A DNA stretch of 63,997 bases, counting the filler, from Chiloscyllium plagiosum (Eukaryota): assembly GCF_004010195.1 (NCBI RefSeq). It is 3 parts of one record of this genome, joined end to end, with 100 filler letters (N's around TTAATTAATTAA, not from the genome) between each part and the next. Parts side by side here need not be neighbours in the genome. Positions count along the whole stretch, not along the records: positions 30,941 to 60,925 come from NC_057712.1; positions 61,026 to 63,997 come from NC_057712.1; 1 more part is not named here. One strand, 5' to 3'. Numbering within the stretch: the first letter of the stretch is position 1; each line of letters begins with the position of its first letter. Under the pieces are notes generated by a model that saw only the letters and a program-made list of their open reading frames with translations, was not told the DNA's origin and ran no database searches. Shown piece after piece: positions 52,277-63,997 of the stretch. The position numbers and the translations under genes were made by a program.

Positions 52277-52575
52277 ATAGAAACATTACACTGTGGAAAC
52301 AAGTCCTTTGGCCCAACAAGTCAACACCGACCCTCCGAAGAATAACCCACCCAGACCCATTCCCCTATCCTATATTTATCCTTGACGAATGCACCCAACC
52401 TACACTCTGGACAATTTCGCATGGCCAATTCACCTAACCTGCACATCTTTGGATTATGGGTGGAAACCAGAGCACGGGGAGAATGTGCAAACTCCACACA
52501 GGCAGTCGCCTGAGGCTGGAATCAAACCCAGGTTCCTGCTGTGAGGCAGCAGTACTAACCAATGAGCCGCCATGC
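52277..52575 (-). mobile_element. HE1-type SINE
   Basis: Reverse complement of the 38767 SINE (gcatggccaattcacctaacctgcacatctttgga..gtgcaaactccacaca). Confidence 0.85.
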
Positions 52576-53039
52576 AGCCCCAATTATTACCTTAGAGGTT
52601 TTGCTTTTCAGCTAAGCTCCTTACTGCTCACATTCTTTCAGCAAGACCTTTCTAGTCCTATCAATTGTATATCACTGACAACTGGCTCCCTCTCCTTTCA
52701 CTCCAAATTCCACTTCAGTCTTGAGGAAATGTTCTTAACCCTGGCACTGGGCAGGCAATACAGCATCAAGAGTCACACTGCCCAGCTGCTTAGAATATGG
52801 TACTTTGCCTTATATCTAATACATTCCTATTATCTCCTCCCAATTAACGTTGTACAGCATGGAAACAGATCGTTTGGTTCAATGCCGACCAGATATTCCA
52901 AACATTTCCCAGCATTTGGCCCATATCCCTCTTAAACCCTTCCTATTTTTATACCCACCCAGATGCCTTTTAAATGTTGTAATTTCACCAGCCTCCGCCA
53001 TTTCCTCTGGCAGCTCAATTCATACACGGACCATGCTCT

Positions 53040-54895
53040 TGGGCCATGACTGGGCCATGTTCAAACAGTCCGCAGTTACCTTGGACAAGTATGCCACCAC
53101 TGTCACAGACTTTGTCAGCAAGTGTGTGGAGGTCTGTATACTGAGAAAATCAATCTGGGTGTTCCTCAACAGGAAAGCCTGGATGAATCAGGGCATACAG
53201 AAACTGCTAAAAACCAGGCATGAGGCCATTAACACGGCCAAGGACCAATACTGATCCAAACTAGAGATCCAGGCAGACACTGGCGACTATGACAAGGACA
53301 GAATGACATCACAGGTTCTAAAAACAGACATTGCAAGATAGCAGACAGTGACATATCCCTCCCAGATCATCTCAACGCCCTCTATGCTCACATTGAGCAG
53401 AATGTCGGCAGAGAGGTGACATCTGTTCCGACATGTCCTGACAAATCTATCCCAACAGTCACTGCATCAGAGGTCAGGTCCATTTTCCTTTGTGTGAATC
53501 CAAGGAAAGCAATGGGACCAGGCGGAGTACCAGGCCGTGCACTCAGAGCATGCACAGATCAACTGGCAGAGGTCTTCTCAGACATCTTCAACCTCTCCCT
53601 GCAGCAGGCCACTGTCCCTGCCTGTTTCAAGAGGGCCAACATCATCCCTGTGCCTAAGGCCAGTGCCCCATGAAGTGCTTTCAAAGGCTGGTCATGGCAT
53701 TGATCAACTCCAGCCTCCCCACTATTCTTGACCAACTCCAATTTGCCTATCGGACCAACAGATCCTCCTCAGATGCCATATCACTTGCCCTTCACTCCTC
53801 CCTAGAACATCTTGATACCAAGAACAACGACATAAGAATCCTACTCATTGACTATAGTTCAGCCTTCAACACTATTATCCTCTCGAGACTGATTACTCAC
53901 TCTGCAACTGGATCCTCAGTTTTTTAACCCACAGGCCACAATCAGTGAAGATTGGGGACAAATATTTCATCCTCACGAACACTCAACACAGGAGCCCCCC
54001 AAGGGGTGTGTACTCAGCCCCCTACTGTAGTCACCGAATACCCATGACTGCGTCGCCAAATACCAGACTAATGCCATTTACAAGTTTGCTGATGACACCA
54101 CCATAGTCGATCGAATCTCAGATGGCGATGAAAAACAGACTACAGATGGGAGGTGGAAGACCTGGAAAAATTGTGCACTGAGAACAACCTAGCTCTCAAT
54201 GCTGGCAAAACCAAGGAACTCATTATTGACTTTTGGCAGGATGTTACTCATGCCCCCCCTACACATTAACAGCACAGAGGTGGTATGAGTGGAGAGTGTC
54301 AAGCTCCTGGGAGTGGTTATCTACAACAAGCTTTCTTGGACTCTTCATGTGGACACACTGGTTACAAAGGCCCAACAATGTCTCTTCTTCCTCAGGCAGC
54401 TGAAGAAAGTTGGCATGATGGCAAATACTCTTGCCACTTTTTATAGATGCGCCATTGAGAGCATTCTGCCTGGTATGGCAACTGTACCATTCAAGATTAA
54501 GACAGTTACAGAGAGTTGTGAACTCGGCCCAGACAACCACAAAGACCAACCTCCCATCTAGAGAATCCATCTACCAGGCCTGCTACCAAGGAAAGGCTGC
54601 CAGCATTCTTCAAGATCTATTCCACCGTGGCAATGTTTTCTACAACCTCTACCATCGGGGAGAAGTACAGAAGCCTGAATACATGCACCAGCTAATTTTA
54701 TAACAGTTTCTACCCTACTGTTGTTAGAATACTGAATGGACTCACAAACTCTTAACATTCGCCTGTACCTGTGTTTTTGATTTTGCCTCTGTTTATCTAT
54801 TATTTATTATCTATGCTACCTAACTATGTGATCTGTCTGTATTGCTCACAAGACAAAGCTTTTCACACATGACAATAAATTCAAGTCAATTCATT
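53040..54895 (+). mobile_element. Rex1/Babar-like LINE nested inside a CR1 element
   Basis: [69 protein letters not shown]; ends caataaattcaagtcaattca. CR1 sequence resumes on both sides (52850-53035, 54900-55600). Confidence 0.85.
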
Positions 54896-57539
54896 TATTT
54901 GGTCCCTTTTTAAAATTTTTCTCCTCTCACCTTGAACATATGCCGTCTTGTTTTGGACTCCCCTACCCTGGGGAAAAAACCTTATCCGTGCCCCTCATGA
55001 TTTTATAAACTTTTATAAGGTCACCCTTCAGCCTCTAACACTCCATGGAAAATAACCTCAGCCTATTCAGCTTCTCCCTATAACTCAAACCCTCCAACCC
55101 TGGCAACATCCTTGGTAAATCTTTTCTGAACCCTTTCACGTTTCACAATATCTTTCCTATAGCAGAGAGAACAGAATTGAACATGATATTTCAAAAGTGG
55201 CCTAATCAATGTCCTGAACAGCTGCCACATTACCTCCCAACCTCCTATTCTCAATGCACTGACCAATAAAGGAAGCATACCAAATGCCTTCTTTACTTCT
55301 GTCTACCTGTGACTCTACTTTCAAGGAACTGTGAACCTGCACTCCAAGGTCTGTGTTCAGCAACACTTCCCAGGACCTTACCATTAATTGGTTAAGTCCT
55401 GGCCTGATTTACCTTTCCAAAATGCACCATCTCACATTTATCTAAATTAAACTCCATCTGCCACTTGTCAACACATCTGATCAAAATTCCATTCTACTCT
55501 GAGGTAACCTTCTTTGCTGTCCACTAAACCATCAATTTTTGTCATCTGCAAACTTACCAACTATACCTCCTACATTCACATCCAAATCATTTGAATAACT
55601 CCATGTAAACATTGCTGTGGTCAGTTTGTTCATCTCCACTGCAGTCCACTTTCTTATCCACACAGTTTACAACATCTTTTAGCCACTGGACAATTGCAGT
55701 GAGTAAGGCTCCTCAAATGCTACTTTCTGGGTCCCTGTGTCTACTTCACCTATATTCGCATCGCCCTGTCCCTGATCAGAGACTAGTCTGATGGGTGTGA
55801 CAAGCTCCTGGAGGAAAGTGTCCAGAAAACATACCCCCTCCTAATGTAGCACAATGTCTGTAGGTATGATTCTAGCTCTCCAACTCAGATGTGAATTTCC
55901 TTAAGCTGGAAACACCAAACATATTTGTGTTTGCTCTAGATCATCCTGGAGGAGCTCAGCAGTTCCCACATGCAGCAGCAGTAAGACATCACATTTAATT
56001 TAATTTAATTAATTACTGTTCCTCATACATGAAGAATACACCACACTTTACACTTTATTGTATTTTTTTATACTCCAGTATCAATCTTACGCTGACAAGT
56101 TATTTTTAAGAAGAAAAGGAGAAATTAAGCCTTCAAAAATGAGAAAAGAAGTCTAGAGACTTCAACACAAACTGAAGACCTTTTACTTTAAAGACTAGAA
56201 ATAGTCACCAGTCCACTCACCTTTCCCTTTCCCTGCACTTTCCTCATGCCATGGTTGGTGATGTCACACAAGCACTGGCCTCCTTGCAGCTTGGTCTCCT
56301 GATCTGTGCCTTTATCCTCTACCACTCACCTCTCAATAAGAATATACTGCTTCGAGCCTTCCTTATTCATCAGCAGATACACACCAATCTACCAGCTTCT
56401 TCTCCTGTCGCAGAGAAAGAATCAATTCCCAAGGCGGAAAATGTTTAAGCAGAAGTACCAACATCTATTTCCTTTCCTCTGCATCACTCCCTGAAGCACT
56501 TGCTGTCAGTTGCACACTTGATCAGGGTGTGGTGTGTCTGTGTAACGGGACAAAAGGTGCAGGCTGGAGTGACTGGCATCTTTCAGACTGAAAGTCAAAT
56601 CCAGGTCAGGAAGAATTCAGAACTACCGTCTCACCGTAAGGCAAATTTGCACCTTAAGAGCCCCATCAAGCTGCGGCTGGTATTCAGCATGCAGGCTAGT
56701 AACCTGGTAAATCGTTTTGAGTACCCTTCTACCCTTTTTAGATTTGCTGTGCCTGACAGTGAGATCTACTTGATGGCAATGAAGGGACACAGGGTAAAAC
56801 AACTCCCTAATCTTTACACTAATTCCTCTACCTAACGTTTCCAGAGCCTCCCTGACTTGTCTGTGGGTGAACGTGCACCCACTCACCCTCACTCCAGGAC
56901 AACTGTGCTGATCCTCGTTCTTGTGTTAATACGTACTACCAGTGGCTACTGCTTCCGCTGGGACAACCAGTATTCAAGAACTGTCAGCCCCAATTGGCCA
57001 GCAGCTCTCCTAATAGGACGTCCACCTTTCAGGATGAAGGGTGGAAGAAAATTGCCCCTGGGGGAGGTGGACGCCCCATCACGGATTTGTGATTTCATCC
57101 CAAGGGGAACTGGCCATGGCAGGGTTGCCTTTGCAGCCGATGGATGGCCCCTTGCCATGATCATTAAGGTCCACCCCACAATTCTGAATAAAACAATATT
57201 AACAGGCAACAATCAAAATTTTGGGATTAAACGAGGTCATCCGTATCTAGAAACGCAAGTGCATCAAGGTATCCCTTTTCTGTGTTTTAACACTTCGTGA
57301 ACTGCATCACATGAAAATGTGCATTTTTCTGTATACGTATGTGTGTTTGAACCTACACTTTTTCAGCATGTGTAAATATATATGTGTGTGCGAGATACCC
57401 AAATCAAACAGATAAAGAATGTTAAAGCACAATTTCATCTCCCCATTTTTAAAGAAAACAAAATCACAACTTCAAAAACTTGTGTTAGTATTCCAGAATG
57501 ATTAAACCTTATATAGCGTAGCAAAGAGTGGGTGTCTTA

Positions 57540-58140
57540 GGTCTGGGGGAAGTGAGGCAAGAGGACTGCAGCGCAAAGAGGTGGGGCGTATGTATGATGA
57601 GTAATAAGGTATGTGTTGCTAAATCACGCATGTAACACAGCAGTTGGGATGTCGAGTAACCCGTCGGACAGAACTTCAAATCCGAACAAATCTAACTCCA
57701 GATGAACAACAACTATTAAGACATGGTGAGTGGGAGACCTTTTAAAAAGAGGTCTGAACGTGTATTTGGTGTCAGATATTGTTTTGGCTTATCGCTTTCT
57801 GAAGGGCGAATGTACTGCAGTCAATTCATTTGTGGCTGGGCAGACACAAGTGGAAGTTTTGGATTCCAGAGAGTTGGGTGAATGCTACACAAAATAAAAC
57901 TGTTGAAAAGTTTCCAGTCGCTTTGGTGATAGTGAAAAGTACTTTGCCGGGATGCTTCCGGGTTTGAAAGCCCCCCCGTCTCTTGTGTAGTGAGTTTTCA
58001 ACGAGGACTGATTGTTCGGAAGTACAATTGGCTTCAGTGTTCCTGGAGTCGGGCGGGAATAAAAGCGACAACTCCCAAGTAGCAGTTGTTCGGAAATTCA
58101 CGCTGTAACTGTAAATCTGCATTGACCAATCAGTGTCGGC
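57540..58140. promoter_or_regulatory. CpG-enriched promoter-like region with candidate first exon ending ATG|GTGAGT
   Basis: Non-repetitive and visibly CpG-rich relative to the window. Motifs: GGGGAAGTG (57546), GGTGGGGCGT, CTTCCGG (57955), GGGCGGG (58051), GACCAATCAG (58124); AAGACATG|GTGAGT at 57723-57731. Confidence 0.45.
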
Positions 58141-60189
58141 TGTCACCAGGCTGCCCTCTGATGATATTCGAGGGCATATGAGGAACAGCCAGAACTCAAC
58201 GCCATGGGACAAATGGTAGACTATAGGAACATCAAGACAGGAGTTTCAGCCCTTCGTGTTCGATACCTTACTGCATTGTAACACCACCGAGCGGTGTCTC
58301 ATGTCCATATCACTTTACCTCCCAAAAGTATCTGGCGCAATATTCGAAAGTTGGTTGACCCAGAATTCGCAGCCTTCTCCGGGATGAGGCAGTTTCAGAT
58401 TTCACAAGCCTTTGTGTGGAGGAGCGCTTCCTGGTTTGGCTCGAACCTTAAACAGCCCTAGTTCTGGGTTCTCCCACAAAAGAAAATCTCAAACGTCACC
58501 CTATCCATTTCTTTTGCCATTGTAAACATCTAGGTTAGATCACGCTGCAATATTCGTATACAAAGTAGTGCAAACATTTTATCATTTAACTCTTTACATT
58601 GAAAGAGTTTAAGAGACCAGTCTGTCCTTGTTTAGAGACTCCGTGCTCAAAACTGAGCTCCAGGTGTGTTCAACCAAACTGTAACAACTGGGATGTGACG
58701 CCATCACTTTTATATTCAAGGCCTCTTGAGATAAATGCCAACATTGAAACAGGCTGCATTTTGACTAACACCTTCAGTTATTTTCCTATTTCCTGAGCTA
58801 GTCTATGAATAGTTGACTTGGAAGCGCTTTTTATAACCAATGCAGTGTATTTTGAAGGTCCTATTGGTGCTCAAGACCTTTGATTCCAATGCATCTTCAC
58901 CTAAATGGCATTCTGTGACTGAATCAACTCTTGGGAATGAAAGCCCTATGTGTCAAATGTGGTCTCAACTTCTAGCCATAGACCATTCTTATATGTACTA
59001 GAAGAAATTATAGCTTACACAGTATGATGTTTGTCCTGCTTCAAGTTACTGTCTAAACCACTGTGTGAAACAAATAGCCAATTTGATTCAATTGCTGCAT
59101 AGAACTGTGTGTAACTAGTAAATGGATGGGTTCTATTAAAGTCAAATCAGGTGATACAAATTCTGATAATAAATAGTTCCTCACTCCTTTTGAAGAGTGT
59201 AATAGTTGTAACAATCAAAGACCAGATCACCAAATTTACATTGTGATCTGGCTAGGGACGAGTATTTTTTAAAGTAGATAAAATGTGAAATCCAGAGGAT
59301 TAATTAAGAAAATAAAGTCACAAAATTCAGTGTTTTGAACAAGTTACAATAATCTACTTTACGACTTTAGAACGTTAATGTAATCTGCAATACATGTACA
59401 ACTTGACAACTTATATTCTAACACCAGAATTAACATGTGTTATATATAGATAATAGACTGTAATCAGACAGCTCACAGTGCGTATCATATAGCAAAGTAA
59501 TCAAGACAGATCCCGTGCAAGTTCCTTCAAACGCTAATGACACAGTGGTCATCAAATCTTATTTAAGTTCACAAGGGATGACAGTCCTTCACTTTTGCCA
59601 ATCTGCCCTTGAAACCTCCCTCTCAAGAACCATTTCATAATGAACTGTCTCAAGGACTGCTCCCTTTCTGGTCTAAATCCCTCCTTTTTTGGGCATTTGC
59701 TCCTTTGTGCTCTGGACATTGCTCACAGGCATGGCTCCAACTTTTCATCAGCAGCTAGCTTCATCAAGCAAGAATGAGCCCTGGATTTCTCCCTCAGCTC
59801 TAACCTTGAACAATTTTATAAAGTAAATTCTGAGTCAGGGTTTTCTAACCTCCTGCTCTCAGTTGTACTGAACTGTTAAAGGCATATAAGCTTCTTTTGA
59901 GGCTTCACAGCTCCCAGAACTTTTCTGAAGCCCTGATTGCAACAATTAAATGGCTTTTTTTCTGAGAACTTCTTCCCAAGTTTTAACAGCATAGCAATAT
60001 GCATCGTTTTTCACTGAGTCGCCTGCATGGAGTTCATGTTGTTCAGTTGTCTTCCCAGCAGTACTGCTAAAAGTGACACTGCCTAATATGGAACCTACTT
60101 CTCTTTCTGTCACATACAAAAGTCAACCAAGTTCAGAATCAAGGAGCCTGAGTAGGTCCTCTGATTGGCATCACCTACAGCACCAACAA

Positions 60190-60925
60190 AGAGTCATAGA
60201 GATGTACAGCATGGAAACGGACCCTTCAATCCAACCCGTCCATGCCGACAAGATATCCCAACTCAATCTAGTTCCACCTGCCAGCACCCGGCCCATATCC
60301 CTCCAAACCCTTCTTATTCATATATCCATCCAAATGCCTCTTAAATGTTGCAATTGTACCAGCCTCCACCACTTCATCTGGCAGCTCATTCCATACACAT
60401 ACCACCCACTGCATGAAACTGTTGCCCTTCAGGTCTCTTTTATATCTTTCCCCTCTCACCCTAAACCTATGCCCTCTAGTTCTGGACTCCCCCACCCCGG
60501 GGAAAAGACTTTGCCTATTTACCCTATCCATACCCCTCATAATTTTGTAAATCTCTATAAGGTCACCCCTCAGCCTCCGACACTCCGGGGAAAACATTCC
60601 CAGCCTGTTCAGCCTCTCCCTATAACTCAAATCCTCCAACCCTGGCAACATCCTTGTAAATCTTTTCTGAACCCTTTCAAGTTTCACAACATCTTTCTGA
60701 TAGGAAGGAGACAAGAATTGCACACAATATTCCAACAGTGGCCTAACCAATGTCCTGTACAGCCGCAACATGACCTCCCAACTCCTGTACTCAATACTCT
60801 CTTTCTGATACAAGAATTGCACACAATATTCCAACAGTGGCCTAACCAATGTCCTGTACAGCCGCAACATGACCTCCCAGACCTCCCAATCAATACTCTG
60901 ACCAATAAAGGAAAGCATACCAAAC
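60190..60925 (-). mobile_element. Young CR1-type LINE 3' part with ~100-bp internal tandem duplication
   Basis: Open 216-aa frame containing WEVMLRLYRTLVRPLLEYCVQFL twice. Confidence 0.9.
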
Positions 60926-61025
60926 NNNNNNNNNNNNNNNNNNNNNNNNNNNNNNNNNNNNNNNNNNNNTTAATTAATTAANNNNNNNNNNNNNNNNNNN
61001 NNNNNNNNNNNNNNNNNNNNNNNNN
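60926..61025. other. Artificial scaffold-joining spacer (44 N + TTAATTAATTAA + 44 N)
   Basis: Same structure as 30841-30940; the flanking repeats are unrelated and truncated at the spacer. Confidence 0.93.
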
Positions 61026-61539
61026 GAGGGAAGGGCGAGAGTGAGGGAGAGGGGGGTTGGAAGGGAGAGGGTGAGGGAGAGGGGGGAGGGAAGTGCGAGG
61101 GTGAGGGAGAGGGGGGTAGGAAGAAAATGTCCGTGTTAAGTCGGTCACTGGAAATGGAGCTGGAGAGATCCAGGAAGGGGAGGGAGGTGTTCAAGATGGT
61201 CCAGGTGAACTTTAGGTCAAGGTGGAAGGTGTTAAGATGTTGATTAATTATTCTAATTCTGCTTGTGAGTGTTCAAATCCCTCATGTGCCAACACAAATA
61301 CCAAAGATATGACTGCACCACTGAATAAATGAGCAGGTAAGAGATAAATCAGCTCAAGGCCATCAGGAGGGATGGAATGAAGCCTCACAAACAGGGGCAG
61401 CACCACCGTCTATGATTCTCCCCCTGTCCCTGCTGTACCAGACGGCTCCAACACCCCTAATCACGGTCCCTGTGGCTCCCACATCCCTCATGGCACCCAT
61501 TGCCAGTGCCCACATCTATACATCCACACCACACAAATG

Positions 61540-62452
61540 CCAGGCTATGACCATCTTCAACAAGAGACAATCTAACCACAATGCCTTGACTATTAACGTC
61601 CTAGAGGTTCTCATTCACCACATAAACACAGTGGCTACAAGGGCAGGTTGGAGGCTCCCTAATCTCTATCCACCATCTCCAAGGCACAAGTCAGGAGTGT
61701 GACAGAATACTCCCCACTTGCCTGGGTGGGGGCAGCTCTAACAACACTCTGGAAGCTTGACACCATCCAGGACAAAGCAGCTGCTTGATTGGCACCACAT
61801 CCACAAACATCCACTCCCTCTGCCACTGATACTCACTCGCAGCAGTGTGTGCTATCAACAAGACACACTGCAGAAATTCACCGAAGATCCTCACACAGCA
61901 CCTTCCAAACCCATGGACACTTCCATCTGGAAGGACAAGGGGCAGCAGATACAGGGGAACACCACCCCCTGCAAGTTCCCCTCCGTGCCACTCACCATCC
62001 TGACTTGGAAATATCATGCCGTTCCTTCAGTGTCACTGGGTTAAAATCCTGGAATTCTCTCCCTAAGGGCATTGTGGGACAACCCAGTACTTCCAGAAGG
62101 CAGCTCACCACCACCTTCTCAAGGGCAATAAACGCTGGTCCAGCTGGAGATGCCCCTGCATGCGCTATGTGTGAAAGGAATAATATGGGGTAAACATTGA
62201 TCTGAAGGGGCACCTTCCACAATAAGAACATTCTGTGAAGAGGGGCTCAAGTTCGTTGCATACATTTGCAATAAACCTGTTCAGAGATGTTATTACACAT
62301 CTCTATATCCCCATTCCTTCAGTGTCACTGGGTCAAAATCCTAGAATTCCTTCTTTAAAGGCATTGTGGGTCAACCCACAGCACATGGACTGCAGCAATT
62401 CAAGAAAGAAGCTCACCACTACCTTCTCAAGGGGCAATTAGGGACGGGCAAT
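61540..62452 (+). mobile_element. Degenerate LINE 3' fragments (tail present twice)
   Basis: ttccttcagtgtcactggg..aaaatcct.gaattc..aaggcattgtggg..gctcaccac.accttctcaaggg at both ~62020 and ~62315. Confidence 0.6.
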
Positions 62453-62646
62453 AAAATATTACCTCTCACTGGCCCCTGTACTCTGCTCCTGTTGGTAACC
62501 ACAAACTTTCCGACAATTTCAAATAATTTGGTTGAGGAAAATTTTAAAATCCACACCAGAGACTAACTCACACACATCTCAAGCTGACATTGAAAAGCCT
62601 GCCCGTGATGGTATGTGTTCGGTTCCGGCCTAATGCTGGTACTCAC

Positions 62647-62825
62647 TGACATGAGGCGTTTATATTCGTCCAATCGTTGCTTGTTGGAGGCTATGAAAAG
62701 GCCACCATTTTCAATCCAGCCTGTATGTAGCCCAGTCTCCTCTTCCAGGTCTTTACTTACAACATCCCTCGTGTGCTTCAGCAGCTCAATCTCCGTGTCA
62801 CTGGGTCGCAACTGCCACAGCAGAC
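62647..62825 (-). CDS. SARDH: Sarcosine dehydrogenase second coding exon, 179 bp
   Basis: (G)[59 protein letters not shown] is SARDH-type rather than DMGDH-type. Acceptor tttctgtAG, donor GTGAGT; 331+179=510 nt, in frame. Confidence 0.95.
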
Positions 62826-63425
62826 CTACAGAAATATAAAGGAGGAGGAGGAGGAGGAGGGGGACAGGGTGACATTCATGTGCTCAATTCTCAACAATGT
62901 GACCCAGAAACATTATACCTGCCTTAGGAAGGCAGCAGACTGATACAGTGCAATGCTCCCAGGGTTTGGGAGTTCAAATACGTGAAAGGGTTGTAAAAAT
63001 TCAATTTGTTTTCCTACAAGTGGGAAGATTTCTTTTGATGGGGGTCTGGGGTGTCCAGATGAGAGGTTAAAGAGTGACTGAATAAAAAGTAACTAGTTCA
63101 TGGACTGAGGTAAACTGTGAGCTGGGCCGTCAGGAGGCAATTTCTCAAACAAACAGGATTAGGAATCTGGAGCTCCCTTCGCCCATCCAGCACCAGCTCA
63201 ACAATGTGGCCGAGTTTGGGGATCAACTGAAAACATCAAAACTGGGAGTGAACAGTTTCTTTTGGGTGATGTAAGTGTTAGACAGGATAACGATACAGAT
63301 CCACAAAACTAACACAAATGCTAACCAGGTGCTGAATGGCCTGGCCTCGCTGGAGCAAAGTTCTCCCTGGGACAGCCACGCTACCCTCCACCCACAGCTG
63401 TCAGTCTGTCCAACACCACCCTTAC

Positions 63426-63756
63426 CAGCAGTGTGCCATGTGGTCCCAGAGGTCAGCCAGTCTCGTTCCAGCAGCACCACATTGGAGATGCCCATTTTTG
63501 CCAAATGGTACAAGGTGTGGCATCCCAGGCTGCCACCCCCCATGATCACCACATCGGCATGTTCTGGCAGTGGTTTAGTTGGGCTCTTTGATGTTGATAT
63601 ATCCTGTCTGAGAATCTTGCTGGAGGGCACCTTCTGTTCTGCTGTGGTGCCCCAAGGGGCAGAGACACTCAAATATCGCAGCAAGGATTTGGACAGAAAT
63701 ATCCGCCGATTCTTACAAAAGGTCATTATACGGAAAGTGGAGCTCAGACACCTCAT
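63426..63756 (-). CDS. SARDH: Sarcosine dehydrogenase, mitochondrial: first coding exon, 331 coding bp (exon starts at 63762)
   Basis: MRCLSSTFRIMTFCKNRRIFL...PLPEHADVVIMGGGSLGCHTLYHLAKMGISNVVLLERDWLTSGTTWHTA(G): Arg/Ser-rich mitochondrial presequence, GxGxxG FAD motif, and WHTAG covalent-flavin His. Acceptor ttcacAG 6 nt before the ATG; donor GTAAGG. Confidence 0.95.
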
Positions 63757-63861
63757 GGTCACCTGTGAATCCAAGAAACAAAGTTTAGATTTGTGGCTCC
63801 CAGTCCACCAATAGCTCAACTTTTAAATTCTGATCCTGTGTAACAGATCATTCAAAGGTCT

Positions 63862-63997
63862 CGCTCTCCCTATCTCAGTCACCCCCTCCCTATCTCTGTA
63901 ACCACCTCCCTATCTCTGTAACCACCTCCCTATCTGTCACCCCCTCCCTATCTCTGTCACCCCCTCCCTATCTCAGTCACCCCCTCCCTATCTCTGT
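63862..63997. repeat. ~20-bp pyrimidine-rich minisatellite (CCCCTCCCTATCTCTGTCAC)n in the intron upstream of the first SARDH coding exon
   Basis: At least six tandem copies running to the window edge. Confidence 0.9.

Noticed and set aside
56251..57300. Cluster of 60-150-aa ORFs
   Set aside because: No recognisable domains or consistent splice signals; looks like degenerate repeat or non-coding sequence.
60073..60981. 302-aa plus-strand ORF
   Set aside because: Antisense shadow of a CR1 RT fragment.
63275..63814. 179-aa plus-strand ORF
   Set aside because: Antisense to the SARDH exon; no recognisable protein features.

Overview
Repeat-dominated vertebrate genomic DNA, most likely a shark (HE1-type V-SINEs, abundant CR1 LINEs, Penelope-like elements with hammerhead-like motifs). 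The window is not contiguous genome. Two identical 100-bp artificial spacers (44 N + TTAATTAATTAA + 44 N) at 30841-30940 and 60926-61025 join three apparently unrelated scaffolds. Segment 1 (1-30840) holds three minus-strand coding exons of prolyl endopeptidase PREP, including the catalytic GGSNGG serine exon, in TE-filled introns; none of these exons is in the ORF track. Segment 2 (30941-60925) has no recognisable host coding exon. It contains a decayed Gypsy LTR element with an internal inversion and two inverted copies of nearby flank inserted into it, Rex1/RTE/Tx1/CR1 LINE remnants, a Tigger-like MITE, and a CpG-enriched promoter-like region with a candidate ATG-ending first exon. Segment 3 (61026-63997) holds the first two coding exons of sarcosine dehydrogenase SARDH on the minus strand. 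I see no convincing new biological system. The most unusual items are the interleaved inverted templated insertions at 40365-41547 and the TSD-flanked hairpin Penelope mini-elements with hammerhead-like cores on both strands.
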